A DNA stretch of 63,923 bases, taken from contig JAUZTB010000127.1 of assembly GCA_034780895.1 (NCBI GenBank), positions 33,023,829-33,087,751 on the forward strand, in the 5' to 3' direction. Shown here one piece after another: positions 58,846 through 63,923 of the stretch (position 1 is its first letter; the number at the start of each line of letters is the position of its first letter). The stretch comes from Rhynchobatus australiae. Its lineage: Eukaryota. The position numbers and the translations under genes were made by a program. Under the pieces are notes generated by a model. It was not told the origin of the DNA. It made no database searches and saw only the letters and a list, made by a program, of their open reading frames with translations.

Positions 58846-61800
58846 ATGTCTAGTCTGCTACAAAGTTCAATAACATGCAGCAGAAACAGTTCTATCAGGG
58901 CAATGCCCAGTTTCAAAGTCAGGGAATATTGTCTACTGATTATTGTTCAAATACAAAATGAACTTGGAAAGTTGAATTCAAGTTCAAAGCAAGCATAACC
59001 CAAATTAACCTTTGTCTCTTTATATGTGTCACAAGGCTAAGTCAGAAAGACTGGTATGGAAGATCACTGACGTAAAACTGTGGCAGTAGAGCCTTCCCCT
59101 TTAGGNNNNNNNNNNNNNNNNNNNNAAATAAATTATCTTGTTTCCCTACACCAATATCCTACACTTTAATAACAAATAATCTTTCACTGTTATGCAACTT
59201 TTGTAAATTGGTGCTAGTCTGTGGAGGAGTGGCAGAATCTGGGAGGAGCTGATGGGAAAAGGAGAATAGATTACAGGAAAGATTCCAGCAGGAATGGGAT
59301 TACTGTGATCCATCATTGGCACAATATTCCAAAATAACCCGTGTTGCAAGGAAATGTGGAATAAAGCAGTTTAAGGAAATTAGTTAGAAGGCAGTTTTAG
59401 AGAAAGGCATTGTGAAACTGGACCAGGAGAGGAAGAGAAATATGGAATTTATTTCCACAATAAAACAATGTTTAAATTAAAATTTAAGACTTTGAATAAC
59501 TGAGTAATAATGCAGAGGCAGAAACAAAAATGGGTGATAGAGCTGTGGGCTCATTGAATAGCAGATTAGGCTCAAGAGGCAGAGAGAGCTCTCCTCTCAG
59601 ACTTGATCATTAAAATTCCACTGACTCAGGCAAACCTAAAAGAACCAAATCCAAAAGGCACATTCCACTTTTAAGAGCTTGGGAAAGCCAGTACCTCTTC
59701 TGAAAGATTAATAAACCTGACAAATTAGAACTTCTGAAAAGAATGGAAGAACAAGATAGGTCCTCCTCAAGATCTCTCCTACAGCTTCGTATCCCAAACA
59801 GAAAGCACTTCAAGGCTTGATGCCAGTAATCCCTTTTTTTTTTATAAAAAGAAAACTTGCTTCTGACATCAAGGTTATTATTGTGAACCCAGCTGTGATA
59901 AGTTGAACAACCACACCATGCTGTGAACTCTGGGATTTAAACTAACTGTCAAGCTTCAAAGAATTAGAGTTAGGAAGCAACTGACCAGCTTCATCTTTTG
60001 TCAGTTTTTTTTAAAATGCTTTCACTACAATAGCAAATAGCACACGGCCATGTAGTCATGAGTGGGTGTGCTGGATGGCTTCACTAAGGACTTCAGGTAC
60101 AGCGAGAGGTTACAAAATTTACCTGCAGTGGAAAAGTGCAGCCCCAATACACACTGAGATGTAAAATGGGAAACAGCCAGCAACTGCAGGGTGGGTCTGG
60201 AGAGAGGCAGGTGACTGGGGATCAAGAGACCAATGGATGTGGAGTGAAACTAGAGAACCGGGTATAGAAGAATAGATACAGGATATGCAAGCTTGCCTTA
60301 CAGGATTCCCAGTCTAGCCCTAAATCATGAAGGCCCAATTGCCCCAAGTGTCCCATGACAACTCCTCCCAGGATGTATCCCCTCTCCAATTCCCATTATG
60401 CTTTAGGAGAAACAATGCATGGTGAATGACATCATCGTGCATGAATAGCATGGAGCCTACGTTAGGCACACAAGGCTGGTCATAACCCAAGCAACAAAAC
60501 TGAACAAATAATTATCCCCTTTAACTCCAGGTAAAGTCAATTTTATAATGCTGGGTGAAGAAAACAGAATTTCTGGGCAATTGTGTAGGAGGGATTTCAT
60601 ACAGAACAGTGGGGCTCTGTGACTTATTTCAGGAGCTGGTTTTGAAAAGAACATCTACCCTCGAGCAATTAAACAATTACTATTTTTCTGGCCAATATAA
60701 ATTGCTCAGGTCAGGCACAAACCATATTTCCTAATAAATGCAGAACATTAGACATTTTCCGTTTCCTGCATCAAAATCAATTAACAAGGTAGTTTGTAAT
60801 TAGGATGTCACTGAATAATAGATTAATTACTCAAAACAAAGAACTGGAGATCTTGATCACAAAATAAAACTATCAGAAAATAAAGGTGAATAACAGTACT
60901 GAAGTGATCAGATGGCATTTATGCAGTCTACTGTCTGATAAGGTAACAGTTTGTGCTAGAGCTTGGTTCAGTGAATAGCAAGCAAATCCAGAAGCAGCAA
61001 ATGCAAGACTCCTCACTCAACCCAGACTTTAAGTTTGCCCAACTTCCATGTTCCATTCATCAAGGTTTTCACTATCAATGAGAATTTTTTCTTGCAGAAA
61101 TGACAAATTCACACCAAGGAATGATTAACACAGGACACGTGCAAAGTTGGGGGAAGTGCAACAAGTTAAACACCTCTCCATACATCAACTAAAGTAACAA
61201 GGGAAGTCTATGATTTGAACACATTACTCAGGCTCATCTTCTATTGGAGAAAACATTTTACAACTTGAATTTCAGTTTTCTAATAAAAACCAGCTCCAGA
61301 AACTTTGATACACTCCCAAAAATAAAATTGTTAGCAACACCTTTATAATGGAACCCATGCACTTTAAGAATGCAAGCTTTAAAGTTCCAAATACTCCAGA
61401 CAGACTACTGACCAATTGGACTGGCTTGTGGGAGTGTAATAGAAGTCACTAAACAATGAGTGAGGAATTGGGAAAAATCTGGAATGGCAAACAAATACAG
61501 CAAGCAGTGGTCAACAGACAATGCTCAGGTGTAATGAGCTTCCATTGCCAATTTGGCTGCAAATTATCATAGCTGAAAAAGTTGTTGCCTTTGCCAAATG
61601 ATGAAAATTCATGACTTGGCTGATCAATGATAACTGAACAGACATAACCACAGCTGAAAACTAAAAGAAAATTCAGCACTAATTACGTGCAACAGGGAAT
61701 ACACACCTTGGAAGAAGACAGGTTGTACTGCATCTGTATGTATCAGAATTCTGTAAGGTATACACAGGAACAGTTTTCACAAACCAGGACACCAGTAAAG

Positions 61801-61924
61801 GGAAGATTAAATGAATCTGGAACTAGGACATCAGCAAGACAATCATTTGAGGGAGTGGCTTTAGCACACACACTATATGCACATCTTGCACAGAAATTAG
61901 CAGACATTCCAAACATACCTCAAG

Positions 61925-63665
61925 AGTAAGAGGACAATAGGGAGCAGGTAGGAGCACTTAAGGATAAAGGAGGGAACACATGCTTGTAAAGGAGGGAACA
62001 CATGCTTGGAGGCAGAAGAGATCCAAATGAGTACTTTGTATCAGTATTTATGAAGAAGGATGTCGAGGAAAGGGAGATCATGTGGAGTGTGCAAATATGC
62101 TAGGGCATTGACTTAAAGCGAGGTGGCTGGGTCTCTTAAAGAACATTAATATGGATAAGTCCCTAGGGCCTGATATATCACCAGGTTATTGAGATAGGCA
62201 AGAGATGAGAATGCTGGGGCCTTGACCCAATATCTTTGTCCTCTCCAGCCATAGGCGAGGTCCCAGAGGACTGGTAAGTACCTATTGTTCCTCCATGATT
62301 CAAGGGAAATAGGAATATTCCTGGAAACTATAGACCACTGAGCCTCACATCAGTGGCAGGGGTTACTGGAAAAGATTCTTAGGGATAGGATTTATGAGCA
62401 TATGGACAACCATGGCCTAATTAGGGACAGTCATCATGGCTTTGTGCAGGGCAGATCATGTCNNNNNNNNNNAAAGTAGAGCTCTGGATGTCGTCTACAT
62501 GGATTTCAGTAAGGTGTTTGACAAGGTCCCTCATGGGAGGTTCATCCAGAAAACTGAGATGCATGGATTTCAAAGTGAACTGGCCATTTGGATTCAGAAC
62601 TGGCTTGCCGGAGAAGACGATGGTGGTCGATGGGACTTATTCTGGTTGGAATTCTGTAACCAGTGCGTTCAGGAGGGATCAGTACTGGAATCTCTGCTGT
62701 TTGTGATGTATATAAATGACCTGCATGAAAACATGAATGGGTGGTTTAATAAGTTTGAGGATGATATGAAAATTGGTGGTGTTGTGGATAGTGTAGAAGA
62801 TTGCCAAAGGGAACAGCAGGATATAGATCAGTTGCAGATATGGGTGGAGAAATGGCAGATGGAGTTTAACCTGGCCAAATGTGAAGTGTTGCACTTCGGG
62901 AGGTCAAATGTAAAAGGGACAGTACACTTAATGGCAAGATCCTTAACAGTGTTGATGAGTAGAGGAATCTTGGGGTCCAAGTCCATTGCTCCCTGAAAGT
63001 GGCTACACAGGTTGATAGAGTGGTAAAGGCAGTGTAAAGCAAACTTGCCTTTATTAGTCAAGGAACTGAGTTCAAGAGCTGGGAAGTTAAGTTGCAGCTA
63101 TAAAACACTAGTCAGGCTGTATATGGAGTCTGCATTCAATTCTGATTGCCCCATTACAGAAGGATGNNNNNGAAGGATGTGGAGGCTTTAGAGGGTACAG
63201 GAGAGGTTCACCAGGATGCTGCCTGGATTAGAGGGCAGGTGCTAGAGGCAGAAGTTGGACAAACTTGGGTTGTTTTCTCTGGAGTGGCAGAGGCTGAGGG
63301 GAGACCTGACAGAGATTAAGAGAGGCATAGATAGAGTGAACAGCCAGTATCTTTCCCCAGGGTTGAAATGTCTAATACCAGAAGGCATGTATTTAAGGTG
63401 AGAGGGGGCAAGTTCAAAAGGAGACATGCAGGGCAAGTTTTTGTTATAAAATACAGAGTGGTGGGTACCTGAACTGCACTGCCAGGGGTAGTGGCAAATA
63501 CGATAGTGGTGTCCAAGAGGCATTTAGACAGGCACGTGACATGCAAGAAGTCAAGGGATTTGGACATTGGGTGGGCAGAAGGGATTAGTTTAGTTGGGCA
63601 TTTGATTATTAATTTAATTAGTTCAGCATTACTTCGTGGGCCAAAGGCATTCTTCTATGTCATAT
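61925..63665 (+). mobile_element. CR1 LINE, about 1.7 kb 3' portion with RT pseudogene
   Basis: PGNYRPLSLTSV at about 62320; ORF 62436-62996 DVVYMDFSKVFDKVPHGR...QEGSVLESLLFVMYINDL...KFEDDMKIGG...WQMEFNLAKCEVLHFGRSN; later RFTRMLPGLEG and KLGLFSLEWQRLRGDL; 3' tail GGGCCAAAGGCATTC. Frameshifted. Confidence 0.95.
61965..62008 (+). repeat. 22-bp perfect tandem duplication within CR1
   Basis: TAAAGGAGGGAACACATGCTTG twice (61965-61986, 61987-62008). Confidence 0.9.
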
Positions 63666-63923
63666 CCATCATCCCCACCCCAGCCTTGTTTCCATCCCCA
63701 TTTGAAACAAATTAGGAATAGAAATGAGATTTTAGCCAGTCACAATTTTGGATCAGTTTACAAACAACTAAAATCCTGTACAAGCCAAATTTTCTACTCT
63801 AGAATTGGCCTCCTCCTGAATCCTCAGTTTCTTCCAGCTTCTTCCCTCTCACCCATCACCCCATCCATTCCCTCCTGTGTTACTTCTGCTACTTGTCCCC
63901 ATTGCTCACTTCTGGTCATGCCT

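Overview
AT-rich, CpG-depleted vertebrate genomic DNA, most likely intronic or intergenic. The repeat repertoire (V-domain tRNA SINEs, Deu SINEs, CR1, L2, Rex1/Babar, RTE, Penelope-like elements, Tc1) points to a cartilaginous fish, possibly a ray; this is an inference. The draft assembly has many N gaps. I can see no intact host protein-coding gene: almost all ORFs in the track are chance ORFs, N-spanning ORFs or decayed transposon fragments. Supported features: a Tc1 DD34E element with IR/DR ends inserted inside an older LINE, a decayed tRNA-Ala(AGC), long CR1, Rex1 and RTE remnants, two Penelope 3' fragments, and more than a dozen short Penelope-LTR-derived copies. Most interesting: these LTR copies carry a minimal type I hammerhead ribozyme motif (composite CAGTY-CTGATGA-AGGGTC-NNN-GACCY-GAAA-CG-TY-RACTG), and seven occur as inverted, palindromic pairs with the element 3' end facing outward. 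No single hammerhead copy here is fully intact. Also flagged: a compositionally foreign-looking ORF beside a gap (53241-53520) and two candidate minus-strand first exons. Repeat boundaries were read by eye and are approximate; family names come from recalled motifs, not from database searches.
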